This document shows, piece by piece, positions 11,921 through 26,102 of a stretch of DNA of 64,000 nt; positions within the stretch are counted from its first letter, which is position 1; each line of letters opens with the position of its first letter. The stretch is from Eledone cirrhosa (taxonomy: Eukaryota), in contig OZ024743.1 of the NCBI GenBank assembly GCA_964016885.1, positions 13,330,001 through 13,394,000 on the forward strand, read 5' to 3'. A program made the translations under genes and the position numbers. The notes under the pieces were generated by a model. The model was not told the DNA's origin. It was given only the letters and a program-made list of their open reading frames with translations, and ran no database searches.

Positions 11921-12616
11921 ATGTTTCAGCCATCACAAAATTTCAGTAATTCTGTTATGACACCGGAAAAGATGCGCCCACAGCATCCTATGACCTTGTC
12001 AATTATCAGTGAACATGAACGGTTTAGCGATGGCCTTTATAATAAAACATGTGACCGAACACCATCTCCTTGTCATTCTGTTCCCAAGACACCGATATTA
12101 CCGACCATCTTGGAAGGGGAAAGCACGAACAATACAAAAACAAAAACATTCAACACCAAAAATGGTGATGTTATCGCAACAGCCATTAATAGCAACAGCG
12201 ATTGCAATACATCTTTACATTCCACAGAATATACTAAATTAATTACAACAGATAATGCAATTATCCATCGAAATCAAGACGAATATGATGATGAGACTGA
12301 TACCAATTCTTCATATGATGGCAACGATATCACTGATGACACATTCAGTGGGTCACAATATATGGATTTTGACAAACTATGCACTTTTGGCGATCCAACG
12401 AGTCCACCCGGTCTTGATGGCGTCAAAGCAATGGCAAATCGTTTAAAATTGCCAACTAGGAGGCAGAGTTATCAGAAATGGTGTGAACAATATATTGGTT
12501 CTAGTGGCATACCACGCTTCCCCCCGCTAACTTATAATGAGGTGACCGATGGAAAATTAACAGATGATCGTAAAGAGGGAATAAATAATGCATTAGGATG
12601 GATAAAATCAGAATTG
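11921..12616 (+). CDS. FAM167A: FAM167-family (DUF3259) protein, first recognisable coding exon; start uncertain, frame open from 11636
   Basis: Encodes GLDGVKAMANRLKLPTRRQSYQKW and GINNALGWIKSEL, matching the FAM167 motifs [20 protein letters not shown] and IDEAIEWLRKEL. Ends at the strong donor TTG|GTAAGT (12616/12617), phase 0. First in-frame ATG is 11921. The symbol indicates family only; A/B orthology is not resolvable. Confidence 0.85.
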
Positions 12617-12927
12617 GTAAGTATATCGCTTACCTAACTTGTATGTGTGAGTGTCTATTTATGTAAATTCATGTATACATGTCTAGTTTTGTTTATCTGC
12701 GCCGTACAAATTTATAGTATAATCAATCTTATCACTTGAAACTGTAAATTGCCCAGAATGTCCACCTATAATTCTTCAAAAATCAATAATATTTTTAGAA
12801 TTTATAAGAATGTTAGTAAGAATTTGCGAGTCGAGAGAGCATTGTGATTTCACCTTTCCACTAATACATATTTGTTACATTTCTGAGAAAGGTATGTGCA
12901 TGAACATATATTATTTTTAGATTTTGT

Positions 12928-13182
12928 TTAGAAATAATTGTTTCTACTTTTTGGCACAAGGCCAGCAATAACCCAGTGTATTACTAGTACTTTATTGTAT
13001 CGACCCTCTAAGGATGAAAGGCAAAGTTAACCTCGACGGGATTTAGAAATAATTGTTTCTACTTTTGGCACAAGGCCAGCAAATACCCAGTACACTACTG
13101 GTACTTTATTTTATCGACCCCGTAAGGATGAAAGGCAAAGTTAACCTCGACGGGATTTGAACTCAGACGGGATTTAGAAATA
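12928..13182 (-). mobile_element. Two tandem truncated tRNA-SINE copies
   Basis: AATAATTGTTTCTACTTTTGGCACAAGGCCAGC...GGATGAAAGGCAAAGTTAACCTCG occurs twice. Confidence 0.85.
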
Positions 13183-13577
13183 ATGGTGTATATTTTGAAT
13201 TCATACTAGAATTATATAAAAGAAATGGAAATATAAGGTCTGACTTAATCTAAGTGTCACTTTAAACTTGTCAGAAGCAATCTCACTCCAGGTGAGAAGA
13301 CAACTGATAGACAGGGGGAGAGAATCGACCTCACTACTCCATTGATAGTTTGTTTATTGATATAGAAAGGATGAAAGACAAATTTGAAATCAGTGGTATT
13401 TGAACGCAGAGTGCAGTAAGTGGGAACAAATACCAAGTTATTTTGTATACGACGCTGTACCGACTCATGTCAAATGAATTGAGACTTAGATTACATATAC
13501 CTACATACATACATCGATACACACACATATATTCACACATACAGGTGTGTAACCAGGCACACACACACACACACACA

Positions 13578-13620
<43 letters not shown>

Positions 13621-14784
13621 TTTAGATATAAGTAATGTAATTTATTATACACTCCAAAACGTTTATTATTGGCCATAAAATATCTATTTTTGTTTGCGTA
13701 TAATAGTTATATTTGTGATAGAGATGCAAAATGGTTATAAAAGCAAAAGTTCCTGCTTAATACATTAACACATGAGTTAATACAAAAGCTGGAGCTGGAT
13801 TCCATATCAGGGCAAATTAGTTGAAGTGTGAGGTAATTATCTAGAGGGTATTTAACTTCATTAACGATGCTCTAAAATACATCTGTTATGATTGTGACCT
13901 ACATAAGGAGTAGAAATCAACACGCTTGTTTAAGTCCACTAAACATAAGTCAGAGGCGGTGGAAGCATTTCTGAATAGGATGGAGGGGGGGGGGTACATT
14001 TAATCAATTTAGTTGTAGTGATTAGTTTAGCTGTTATCAAATAACAAAATCCTACACCAAGATACGAAAGAAATTCAATACGCGCTAAACATATGTACAT
14101 ATATTGTAGCGCATATAAAAATAGATGTGTGTTTTGGTAGTTTAGGAAGAAAAATATAAATATTGAAATATAATACTGTAAGTGTATTGTGTAATAGAAC
14201 GAGGGTTAAGGTTAGGTTTAGGGTTCAGATGAATCACGTACCACATGCAATCGAAAACTTGGAATTGAATATTTTCTTGGGCACTTTGGTCTGATTGACC
14301 TGGCCTCTCTTGTTGCTGGACATATGTTTACTACCTAACAAACAACATTCAATTATACGATGACACCTCCAGATGATTTGACGAATCAAGTATAAGATAT
14401 AGCAGTCTATAGGTGACCATGATAAGATACAAACCATTAACCTCTCAAACAATAATTTAACTCATCAACGGCTAAACTAATTGCGACTTTTAACAATAAA
14501 ATGCGATAATTAGTAATCGTTTGCACACCAGGATTAAACACTTAAAACATGTAGTTTACTAAATACGAAATAAAGAGACAATTAGCTTGAATGGATTAAT
14601 TACATGATTACAAGTAAAAGAGAAAATATCTTTTTTTACTCTTTTCGCTAATGGTATCTCCATGTATTCAAGAACTACAATGTGAGAAAATTCGATTTCA
14701 ATTAACAAGTTACTTGTCAACTTTCATTTTCTTTCGCAACGTTCCATTTCTTTGTGTAGTTTTCGTACATACACACACGCGCGG

Positions 14785-14820
<36 letters not shown>

Positions 14821-14887
14821 TCTTTCACGCATGTATATGTATATATATTAAATATGTGCATATATCTAACTATCTAAGAACGTGTAC

Positions 14888-15031
<144 letters not shown>

Positions 15032-15039
15032 TCAGGTTT

Positions 15040-16560
15040 GAGGTTCACACTGGATAGAGCTGGTCAATTCCGTATGGTCAATCTTAATGTAATAATATGG
15101 AGAGTACTCAACGTAAAGCAGTTCAACAGTCTTTGTTTTTGTAGTTGGTGGTGCTAGTACGGAGTTAAATATTATAATGACAGGAGGCTGGACTTGTGTA
15201 CATCCTTGAAAGGTTTATTATACTATGATCGTTTCAATTACCCGGTTCGGTATGAATCCGGTGATATCAACAGGTATTCGAAATATAATAAGTGGATGTA
15301 ATAGATAAAATCCATGGGGCTGAAAATCAAAGACCGGAGGACGACCGCCATCCACATCTTCCACCTTTGCCGGTCGCCCTCAAGTGACGTGGCTAAACCT
15401 TATAGTGTGCTACTACCGGTCAAATAGAGGAAAACAGAAAGGGAGAGGAACAAAAGTCAGCGTTAATATCATGCCACAAGAAAAAAGAAAGAAGAGAGAA
15501 GAAGGGGGAAGGAAGAAAAGGAAGAAGAAGAAAAGTCAGGGTTAATGTCCAGCTACAAGAAGAAAGACAGAAAGAAAGAGGAAGAAAGGTAAAACTACAG
15601 TCAGGCCAGGAATGTCGCGAAAAAATTTATTCGAAGGGACCCGTATCTTAACAAATACTACCGGTCAAATATAGGCAAACAAAAAAGGGGAGGAGGATAA
15701 GTCAGCGTTAATATCATGCCACAAGAAGAAAGACACAAAGAAGGGGGAAGAGAAGGAAGAAAAGGAAGAAGAAAAGTTAGGGTTAATGGCTCGAAGAAGA
15801 AAGACAGAAAGAAAGAGGAAGAAAGGTCGGTACTAATGTCAGACTACAGTCAGACCAGGAATGACGCGAAAAAAATATTTTCAAAGGGACCCGTATCTTA
15901 GCACAGGTAAATATAGTGGGGGTCTGTATGTTATAATGTGTGAGCAGATGATTGGAACGTTACATTTTTGTTTAGATTTATAGGATGAAGTTAAAAATTA
16001 ATATTTAATATTAACATTATAAAATTGAAAGTTAAACAGTTTAACATTTTTAAGGTTGCGAGGTTTAGGCAAAGAAAGAGTCTTTTATGAAGAAACTTAA
16101 ATTTTATTATAGAGTAAAGATTATGTCTTTGTTTAGCCGTCAAACAGCATGCGGCGACTACAAGCTTGGGCAGCCCATCCACTCCGAGTGATATCGCCTA
16201 GCGAAAGATATGGAAATCAATTTTTCCGAGCACTCTAGGAATGTATAACAGGCTTCAGGTGCGACAGCAGGAAGTCAGCCCGCATTGTTAGGCCATCCTT
16301 GTACAAAATCAGTACTATTCATTTACCCAGGAGGGGTTTTTGCTTAAGTAGAGGGTGGCAAGGGCGACTGGCTGAGATAAAGGCAGCTAGTTGGTCAGTT
16401 GTCCCCTTTGTCTCTGTCTCTGATTTTTCGGAGCCATGGTTTTTTACATATTCCTTTGTTATATTCCAATACCTGATGATATCATCGGATTCATATGGAA
16501 CCCGGTCATTGAAATGATCATAGTATAATAAACCTTTCAAGGATTTACACCAGTCCAGCC
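15040..16560 (-). mobile_element. L1/Tx1-like LINE relic interrupted by a tandem duplication
   Basis: Weak RT remnant near 15200 and a zinc-knuckle-like FLEC remnant near 16240. Heavily decayed. Confidence 0.35.
15410..15900. repeat. Direct tandem duplication of about 245 bp
   Basis: TACTACCGGTCAAAT...GTCAGCGTTAATATCATGCCACAAG...AAGGGACCCGTATCTTA occurs at 15411-15650 and 15656-15900. Confidence 0.85.
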
Positions 16561-16649
16561 TCCTGTTATTTTATTTTATTTTATTTATATATATATATAT
16601 ATATAAGAAAGTAGTACAGCATAATCGAATGTATACGTATATATAGGTA

Positions 16650-16719
<70 letters not shown>

Positions 16720-16724
<5 letters not shown>

Positions 16725-17334
16725 TAAAAGAGAAAACACAGGTAAGCATTAAGAGAAGGATTTAATCCAGGTATTTGCGACCGTTTCATTGGTAAGTGCA
16801 ACCTTATATTGCTATACTGCAAATAGCAGCCACTCAATTATAATTGTTGTTCACAGTCCAAATTTTCAAAATAGTGAGTTACTCTTGAAATAATTCTTAA
16901 TATATAGAGAAAAACATTTATTTGGAATTGTATTTACTAGTATAGAGAGAGAGGTATCAGGAGGTGAGACGACAGACGGCATAGTATATATAGAGAGAGG
17001 AAGGGGGAAGAGGTAGGAAGTAGAATGACAAACTGAGGTGGAGGTAGGGGTAGAGGTGGAAGGATTCTTTGGTCAGTTTTGATAGCAGACATCATGTCGT
17101 GGAGTGTAGTGAGTTAAAGAGAATTAAATAGATAATAGTGGGAGGGATGGATAGAGAGGGAGAGAGAGAGAGAGGGGGGGGGAGATATAAAGAGATAAAT
17201 ATATATATATATATATAATGAAAAATTGAACAGGGACAGAACAGAGAGGCAGTACAATAAATGTTTATTAAATTCATATATATATATATATACACACATG
17301 CATACACATACATACATATACACACACACACATG

Positions 17335-17376
<42 letters not shown>

Positions 17377-17399
17377 CATATACACACACACACACATAT

Positions 17400-17442
<43 letters not shown>

Positions 17443-18970
17443 TATAAAAAATAAAAATAAAGATAATAATGACAAAAATAAAAGCAAAGAAGGGGGTGAG
17501 AAGGAAGAAAAGAAAAGATAGCCAAGAAGGGGAAGGAAGGAAGAAAACGAAGAAATAGAAGAGGAATGAGGGAGAAGGGGGGATATATGTATTGGTTTTG
17601 TGGATAATTAAAGGGTCTAGATATAAGAGGGTATAATGTCTAAGTATATGCAGTTTGTCAGTTGGTAGTAAGAGGTTAAGTGTTCGATTTGTAGTGCGGA
17701 AATTTCTCTTTGAGTCTATGGTTACAATAAATTGATCTCTCAATTTTATTGTTGAGTAACCTATTCTTCGAACTTAAGATGTGGAACAGCTCAAGGTCGC
17801 ATAATCGACAGCTTCTCATACTACTGCGATATGGGGGCGCGTTTGATAATTTTTTCCACTTCAGGGTGTATTGATGGTTACTTTCCCTCAGTTGCCAGGT
17901 CTTGTTTGCAAGGGTAGTTACATAACGGTGCTGGGAATGTTTCATTGCGTAACGGTGTGTATACCAACGAGCTTTAAAAGTATTCCCAGTCGCTCCGATG
18001 TAATACCATTTCTGGTTGTCTGATTCCACTGTGCATTGGTAAACCAGGTGAGACTGCATACATTCATTTCGTAATGGACAGGTTTCAGGTAGGTGGCAGT
18101 TGCATTTCTTGTTATGGGCAACTTTGGCATTATTTGTGGGCTGCGATGCCTGATCAAGTGTGTTACGTTTTGTTTGCCTATTAGCGGGTGGTTGTGTATT
18201 AGATATTCTGTTGTGTTCGGTGGTAATTGTATTGTTATTGTTGTAAATTTGTGTTTTGGTGTTGTTATGTATCTTTTTAACGTTAAGCATCTTAATGTGT
18301 GCTTCTATATTTGGTGCCGTGGAGTAGGATAGTCTAATAGATTTAGTGTTAAGGATTTTGCTGTATTTATGTGAATCTGGAAAGTGCCTATTTATTATTC
18401 TAAAGAAAGTAGAGGGTAGGTTAGTACTAATAGAGGTGTTAAATATGGGATTATACCAAATATATTTTCTACTGCGTGCCTTGTTTGATTTCGATGTTGT
18501 ACTTCTATTTGCCGTATACTTTGCAGTTCTATCAAAACTGACCAAAGAATCTTTCCACCTCTACCCCTACCTCCACCTCAGTTTGTCATTCTACTTCCTA
18601 CCTCTTCCCCCTTCCTCTCTCTATATATACTATGCCGTCCGCCCCCTCACCTCCTGATTCCTCTCTCTCTATACTAGTAAATACAATTCCAAATAAATGT
18701 TTTTCTCTATATATTAAGAATTATTTCAAGAGTAACTCACTATTTTGAAAATTTGGACTGTGAACAACAATTATAATTGAGTGGCTGCTATTTGCAGTAT
18801 AGCAATATAAGGTTGCACTTACCAATGAAACGGTCGTAAATACCTGGATTAAATCCTTCTCTTAATGCTTACCTGTGTTTTCTCTTTTATACTAACCGTG
18901 CGTTGAAACCATCCATGAAACTGGCTTTCTTAACCAAAAACTGGATCACAATAAGCAATCTTTTGCTTCT

Positions 18971-18975
<5 letters not shown>
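16720..18975 (-). mobile_element. Penelope-like retroelement, Hydra-clade-like, 5'-truncated, with inverted pLTR, inside the FAM167 intron
   Basis: Near-identical inverted arms at 16720-17085 and 18529-18894, with a tail to about 18975. GIY-YIG ORF between them. (TA)n on both flanks. Confidence 0.9.
17676..18528 (-). CDS. PLE ORF fragment: linker and GIY-YIG endonuclease
   Basis: RKYIWYNP...HFP...LSYS...CNC-CPL-C...VYQCTV...YYIGATGNTFKARW-TH...LKWK...CRLCDLE...LLN. Uninterrupted reading frame. Confidence 0.88.
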
Positions 18976-19067
<92 letters not shown>

Positions 19068-19299
19068 GAGAGAGATAAGAAAGATGTACAGCATAATCGA
19101 AGCTCTGTTTGCGGGCAAGTTAATGAATGCTGTCGGTCGGGAAGTGCAGCCAAAAGCACTCAATAAGTAATTTTACCTTAGAGTTATAACATTACATTTA
19201 GACAGCTATGCAAATTGAAGCCAGCGACCGATAAGCGAGCCGCTAGGACCAGAACAACGAAAAAAACCGACTCAGGAGAAAGTTTGACACATATATATA

Positions 19300-20190
19300 T
19301 AGAGAGAATTCACAAGAATCAAAGCTATGTTCAAAGCATTTATTCACTTACAATTGTTTCATCCAAACCTAGCCTTGGAGTCTTCGGAGCATTTTTCAAT
19401 GTTTGTATACATAATTGACCTCCTTTCCAACGCAAGAGACATACAGATACATATATATATGGATGTACAATGGAGTGACATATATTATACTATATTATTT
19501 CTGTATAGCAATTCAAATTCAAAATCAAAATCAAAATTAAAATTAAAACAAAATTAAAATACATTCGGCAGTTAACACAGATAATGCAAGAGAATAGTTT
19601 GTTAGTCAGATGTAGTAGTTAGTGTATGCGTTAGTTACACGTGGGGCATGCAAGTGTGTCTCATTTATATATGCTTATTGTGTGGCAGGGTGTTACATGT
19701 AATATAAGTACTTTAAGCGGGTAAGTAAGAGTATTATGGTGGTTGTAGTGGTAAGGTATTTTTTGTATATAATAAAAAAGTAAGTGTGCAGAAAAATAAA
19801 AATAAAAAGGAGAAGCAAAAGAAAGTTATGGTTTTCGTATCCGCCACCATTTTCACATTCAGGAAAAGCAATACATCGTTTTTACATCCATCACATAAGT
19901 AACGATGATTTCGTATTGGATGTTTGATGCATTAAATTAAATTATTTTAGCTTATTGCGGCTCAGTGTTATTTCATCCAAATTTATAGAATAGGTTGATT
20001 CTGCTGCGAAAATTTACAGCGGTTTATTATCCGGAAGTACATCAATATATATATATGTATCTGTATGTCTCTTGCGTTGGAAAGGAGGTCAATTATGTAT
20101 ACAAACATTGAAAAATGCTCCGAAGACACCAAACAATTGTAAGTGAATAAATGCTTTGAACATAGCTTTTATTCTTATGAATTCTATATA
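19300..20190. mobile_element. Decayed PLE-type insertion with about 150-bp inverted arms
   Basis: 19305-19460 is the reverse complement of 20046-20186. Hammerhead in the arm; TA-rich flanks. Confidence 0.65.
19345..19391 (-). ncRNA. Hammerhead motif in an inverted-repeat arm
   Basis: TGCT-CCGAAGA-C TCCAA GGCTAGGT TTGGA T-GAA-ACAATTGT-A-AGTG. Palindromic stem III, GUA site. The partner arm near 20120 has lost stem II. Confidence 0.65.
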
Positions 20191-20357
20191 ACTGCTCTGT
20201 AAAACAACTGATGTTATTACATTGAGCTATTTATTTTACTGGTAATAAGGTAGTAATAAATTACTGACCTTCACTGTTTAGGGTTTAACATATACATAAC
20301 TATAAACAGTTTTAGTATATACATAACCATAAATAGTATCCTTAATATTATATATAT

Positions 20358-20672
20358 ATCAATCCCCGTCTGTATATCAAACATCCCCAAACTCTCCCCT
20401 TTCTATATATACTACACGGTACTCTCTTCCAAATCCACTCTATATATCAAGAAACACCAAAGGCTCCCCCTCTCTATATGTAATACACGGAATTCGCTTC
20501 CAATCCCCCACTCTGTATCAATTAACACCAAACTTTCCCCCTCTCTATATCTAATATACAACACACTCTCCCAACCCAACTCTCTATATCAATCACCATA
20601 AAACTACCCCCTCTCTATATCTACGATATGGCACTCTCTTTCATTCCCTCTCACTCTATCCATCACTACCAA
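20358..20672 (+). repeat. Same minisatellite family, short array
   Basis: Same alternating subunits. Confidence 0.82.
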
Positions 20673-20829
20673 ACACATGTGTGTGTACGGAAATATATAC
20701 GCAAAAGTGTGCATATACGATATGTATGGTGAATGTGAATGTAAATATGTAAATAAGCATGCACATATCATAACATCCAAATTTCTACAAAAGGTGCATA
20801 CTATTATCGATAAGAGTCCTATTACTATG

Positions 20830-21540
20830 TTTTACTGCGTACTATCTTAAGAATTCTGCATCGCGAGTTTCGGTATAAGTCATATGTGACACAAAGGGGC
20901 CACATCACGTTTGCAAATTTAAAAGATAACCGTCTGATCTGGGAAACGTCATTGTTGAAAAAGTTGAAACACCAACAACCTGGAATGCTTTGGTTTTTAT
21001 CGAATGAGAAAAAAGTTTGTGAGGACCAAATCGCCAAACCTAAAGACGCTCATTGACACACATTTTCAGGCAATTGAGATGAATCTGGGAGTTTTGATCA
21101 ACGAGGAAGATTTCATGATTCCTCATTTATTTCCTAAGGGCTGAGGACGATAAGGAGGTATTGAAAAAGGCTGTGAGGTAAAGGAAGACCAACCAACCAC
21201 TCTGCGTTGTCTAAGAACGACACAAGAAGGGATGAAATTCCACAATTATGTCACGCTAAACATATGGCCTCCGATCTCTCCAGACCTGAATCCGTTGGAC
21301 TACTACGGATGAGGCGTAGTTGAGAGGGAAGTTAATCAGCGCGCTCGTAGCAGTATAAAATCTTTGAAGTCCACCATAATTTTACACTGTCCCAAATAAG
21401 ATAATCTGATTCGATCGTGTCAATGTTTCACAACTCGTGTTGTAGTAATCACCGATACTAACAACATAATTGCCTAGACGCGCCATGAAGCGTCTCAATA
21501 TTATGTACGCCTATCCTTTCTCAAATAAAGTTATTCTCTC
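20830..21540 (+). mobile_element. Tc1/mariner transposase relic (maT/DD37D-like)
   Basis: Interrupted frames give LWFLSNEKK, LGVLINEEDFMIPHLFP, IWPPISPDLNPLDYYG*GVVEREVN and LIRSCQCFTTRV. Confidence 0.75.
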
Positions 21541-21754
21541 AAGATTTATGCGTTTTTACTGACTTCATGCAAATATCTTCAAAACATTGTGCAGCCCTAT
21601 ATACGTTTGTGTGTGTGGGTAAATTTGTACTTGAGTATGCACTCAAACATACATACACATACACGCACACAGACACACACACATAATATATATATATATA
21701 TATGTTTATGTGTGTATGTGTGTGTGTGGGTGTGTGGGTGGGTGTGTGTGTGTG

Positions 21755-21792
<38 letters not shown>

Positions 21793-22227
21793 TGAATGCA
21801 TATTTAAGCGTATACATTCCCACATGCTGAAATATATTGTTTGCTAGTTTTATGATATATATATATATATGCATGTGTGTGTGTGTGTGTGTGTATGTGT
21901 GTGAGTGTGTATGTGTGTGTGTGTGTGTGTTTGAATGCATATTTAAGCGTATACACACACGCACAAATATATTGTTTGCTACTGTTATGAAATATATATA
22001 TATATAAATATATACATATATATATAAGAAATATTGAGGTGTGGCTGCATTGAGATATAAATTACATTGCGTAATTCAAAACATAAATGTTTTCCTACTG
22101 ATGCATAAATAATGTTTTTTCTTCATAAATGAAGTATAGTTTCGGATTCAACGTTTTTAAGTTTGTAATATTTTATATAAACTATATTTGGAGGGTAAAA
22201 CAGTGTTCAAATGTATTAACATTATTT

Positions 22228-23910
22228 GGTTCCTGCCGAGGGTGACTTTGCCTTTCATCCTTACGGGGTCGATAAAATAAAGTACCAGTAATGCACTGGA
22301 TAATTGCTGGCCTTGTGCCTAAAGTAGAAACAATTATTTGGTGGATTGGCAGTATCGGTAGAATGTCGGACGTCATGCTTTGAAGCATAGAGTTACGCTC
22401 ATTTATGGTCTGAGTTCAAATCCCACCGATGTTAGTTTTGTCTTTCATCTTTATGGGGTCTGTAAAATATAATACCAGTCACGCACTGGGTTGATTTGTT
22501 CGACTTTCCCCTCTCCCAAAATTGTTATATTTGTGCCTAAATCAGAAACCATTATTTTAATTTTATTTGGGGCTGTTTGATTGGCCGTATCGTTAGTGTG
22601 CCGGTCAAATATATTTGCGGTATTTATTTCCAATTATCTATATTTCGAGTTCAAATTCCATTGAAGACAACTTAGCCTTTCATCCATTTGGGTTCTATAA
22701 AACAAAGTACCAGTTATATACAGTGGTAAGGACACCATGATTGACTTTCTCCTTCCTGCAAACTGTTGGCTGTGTGTCAAATCCTACCGCGATCAACTTT
22801 GCATTACATCCATCTAGGGTCGATTTAAATGGCTGTGCCCTCTTCCAAAATGTCTACCTATGAGCTAAAATTTAAAGCGGTTATAATTGTTGGTGGATTG
22901 GCAGTATCGGTAGAGCAACGGATAATATACTTTGCGGCATATCGGTATAACCCCGTTTGTTCTGAGTTCAAATCCTGCCGAGATTAGCTTTGCTTTTCAT
23001 TCTTACGACGTCGATGAAATAAAGTACCAGTAACGTACTGGAATCTGTTTAATCAACTTTCCCCTCTTTCCTTTAAATTGCTGGCCTTGTCCCAAAAGTA
23101 GACTCTATTATCTATAATTACTTTTCTAGTAACATACACATGAATAGACACTTAGACCGAGGTTAACTTTGCCTTTCATCCTTACGGGGGTCGATAAAAT
23201 AAAGTACCAGTAATGCACTGGGTAATTGCTGGCCTTGTGCCAAAAGTAGGAACAATTATATATATATATATCTATTTGCATAGAGATGACGAACACGCAC
23301 ATCGTTATACTTTACAGCCTGAACGTCACGCTTGATGAAGCGCCACACCTGATGGAAATATTCTCAGCATTTAGGGCTCTGTATCCAGTGGCTGATGATG
23401 CCTATTCAAGCGTTGATTCTATGCCATCTACAAGTTTCGTAGATGATTTTCAGGTGTTGTTTAAACTAAAGTCGACTCTGATAGAATATTTCTATTATCA
23501 AATATGCTAGAGCGCTACCCATCCAGTAGTTTGTGTATATCTATGTTAAACAGTCCAACGTTTCGTCCTATTTTATGACGTCAGTATGTGATTTAAGGGA
23601 ATTTGACTGCTATTTCTAGAAAATAGAGCACCCGTATAAATCCACCTAAATTTGGCTAGCTTTATATCATTCTTGTGGGAAATATGACATAGCCAAAAAT
23701 TATACATTTATAAATAGCCTTGTGGGTAGAAAAATCATTGAGTCATTAGTGTGGTAACGGAGTTCAAATCCCGCCAAGGTTAACTTTGCCTCTCACCCTT
23801 ACGTGGTCGATAAAATAATGTACCAGTAACACACTTGGGTCGATTTAATCGATTTTCCCCTCCCCTGAAAAGAATTGTTGGCCTTGTGCCTAAATCAGAA
23901 ACCATTGAAT
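22228..23910 (+). mobile_element. Cluster of about 7 co-oriented copies of the tRNA-SINE family
   Basis: The core GCCTTTCATCC...GGTCGATAAAA...GTACCAG recurs near 22250, 22440, 22675, 22800, 22990, 23170 and 23790. Confidence 0.85.
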
Positions 23911-26023
23911 AACTAGTGGTGTTTCTGTTACTTGTCATATGTTAAATCTCATTGAGACCACGCTTCCCATTCAATTTGGAGTAGGGGAGTGGGAGCAAAA
24001 ACAGTACGGGACAGTTTTATTTTAAATTGTAAGAGTGTGGAATGAGATGACATGTAATATTTGTTTTGGTTCGTTTACTGTAATAATTCTTGGGTGGAAG
24101 ACTTACGCCGCCACTCGTTATAAAAACGCTCATAGCTGATCATTGAATGTCATTAACAAGAGTTCATTCTGTTGTGAACATTCGGATCAAATCTCCGGTT
24201 TGGGGGATAACAACCTCCCTTTCTTCTTTCGGCGGCTATGATATCATTTTTGTTAATAGGTACTGCTGTTTCCTTCCAGACTAATCAGTAAAAAGAAAAT
24301 TACACTCGAAATAACTTTAAATTTCATTCCTACTAGGCTAGGCAAAGAAATTAACAGTTGTTATTGTTGTTTGCTCTATCTCAGCTCTGAGTATGTTGTA
24401 TATATTAAAACAATATATCGTAGGTTACGTAATCCAGAATGCCCTGTGTTTTTAGTAAACTTTTATTGAGATATAATTTATATCCGATTAATGTATCCAA
24501 TGTGCCCAACGTTTAAGACACTAATTTAATTTACAGGGGATTTAGCTGCTATTTCTACTCCATAAAAATATCTGCATAGTCATTACTACCTCATTGATTG
24601 TAAGATAGTAGAATGAGATTTGAGGAACAATATTCTGCTCTTTCTACAGATCACTACGCAGACTATTCCTACGTTATTAATCTTATATTGGGCTCTTATT
24701 ATCTGGGAAATGTTTTAATATGAATATATATTTTACAAATTGGGGTAGTGGTACACCTATAGTAGTGAAGACTCTCTTTCATTGATTCATAAGTAATCAC
24801 ATAAATTCGCAAGGCGGAGGAAATAGATATACTCAAATAAACACAGCTTCTCAAATTTTGAAACCTAAAGTAAAAATATGCACAGAAAATACCTAATGTA
24901 CGGGAAAAGAGCATGGCTTAGAATTGTAAATAGTTTTACCCTCTTTGCATTATTGCAGAGAACTTGTCAAGTAGACTTATGATTCAAGGTTTTACGACCA
25001 TTGCCATCCAAGTTTTAGTAATCCGGGATTTCATTATCCGTGAACTTTTTACACCGGTATGATGAGATATGGAGGAGATTTAGTTGCTCTTTGTAGTATG
25101 GTTAGTGACTGAATGAAGACACATACTCTTATTGGCTCTATTTTTCGAAGTGGAATGTGCTACGTGAAAGGGACACAAAATAGTTTCCTTGTCGTCATCT
25201 CAGTATGATAGAATGTTGAGACATCAGGTCAGCTACGCTATATAAACTAAAGGTGGTCTACCCAAGTCAATCGACAATTGAAATGCATGTAGTCACCAAG
25301 GGTTCGCAACAATCATGCACCTTCATATAGAATAAACTATATTAAAAAAATAAATAATTAAATAAACTAATAAGGAAAATAAAGTAAAGAGTTATATTAG
25401 TTCCTTAATATTGTGATATTTTCTTAAAAGAATTTTATGCGGATAATGTCATTAGATTAGTTTCTATTTCGGTTAATTACTTGTAAAGTTAATTAAGTTG
25501 TTGTCTACGTTATTAGGTGAGTTATTCTAGCGCATTAGTCGTAAAACTGTACGGTAATAATGTTGATGACAATGATGATGATGATGACGACTTTATCAAT
25601 AACGATAAAGATTTATCATAAAAAAATTCCCAACAATTCTCGCCTCGACAAGAAAGAAATAACGAAGGAAGGAAATTACCAAGTAAGCATGCAATGAAGG
25701 AAGGAATAAAGCAATGAACGAAAGAAGAAAGTAGGATGCACGTAACGAATGAAGGAAAGAAAGCTGTTATGAAGGACGGAAAGAAGCATAAAGCAACGTA
25801 ATGATGGAAGTAGTGACGGAAGGAAGAATGAAAGTAAGAAAGGAAGAACTTAATGAAAGAATGAAGGAATTAATGTAGAAGCGAAGGAGTAATGAACGAA
25901 ATAAATAATGAAACGTAGGAAAGAATGTAAGAAAGACGAAAGTTACGAAAGAAGAAAAAGTTAAATGAATGAAGTAATGATAAAATGAAGGGGTGGGGGG
26001 AGTAACATGAAAGAAAGTCATGA

Positions 26024-26102
26024 AATAATTATTTCTACTTTTGGCACGAGGCCAGCAATTACCCCAGTGTATTACTGGTACTTTATTTTATCGACCCCGT
26101 AA
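26024..26102 (-). mobile_element. 5'-truncated tRNA-SINE
   Basis: Reverse complement of the tail and part of the core. Confidence 0.78.

Noticed and set aside
14200-14228. Telomere-like GGGTTA repeats
   Set aside because: Only 3-4 degenerate units, typical of repeat interiors, not a telomere.
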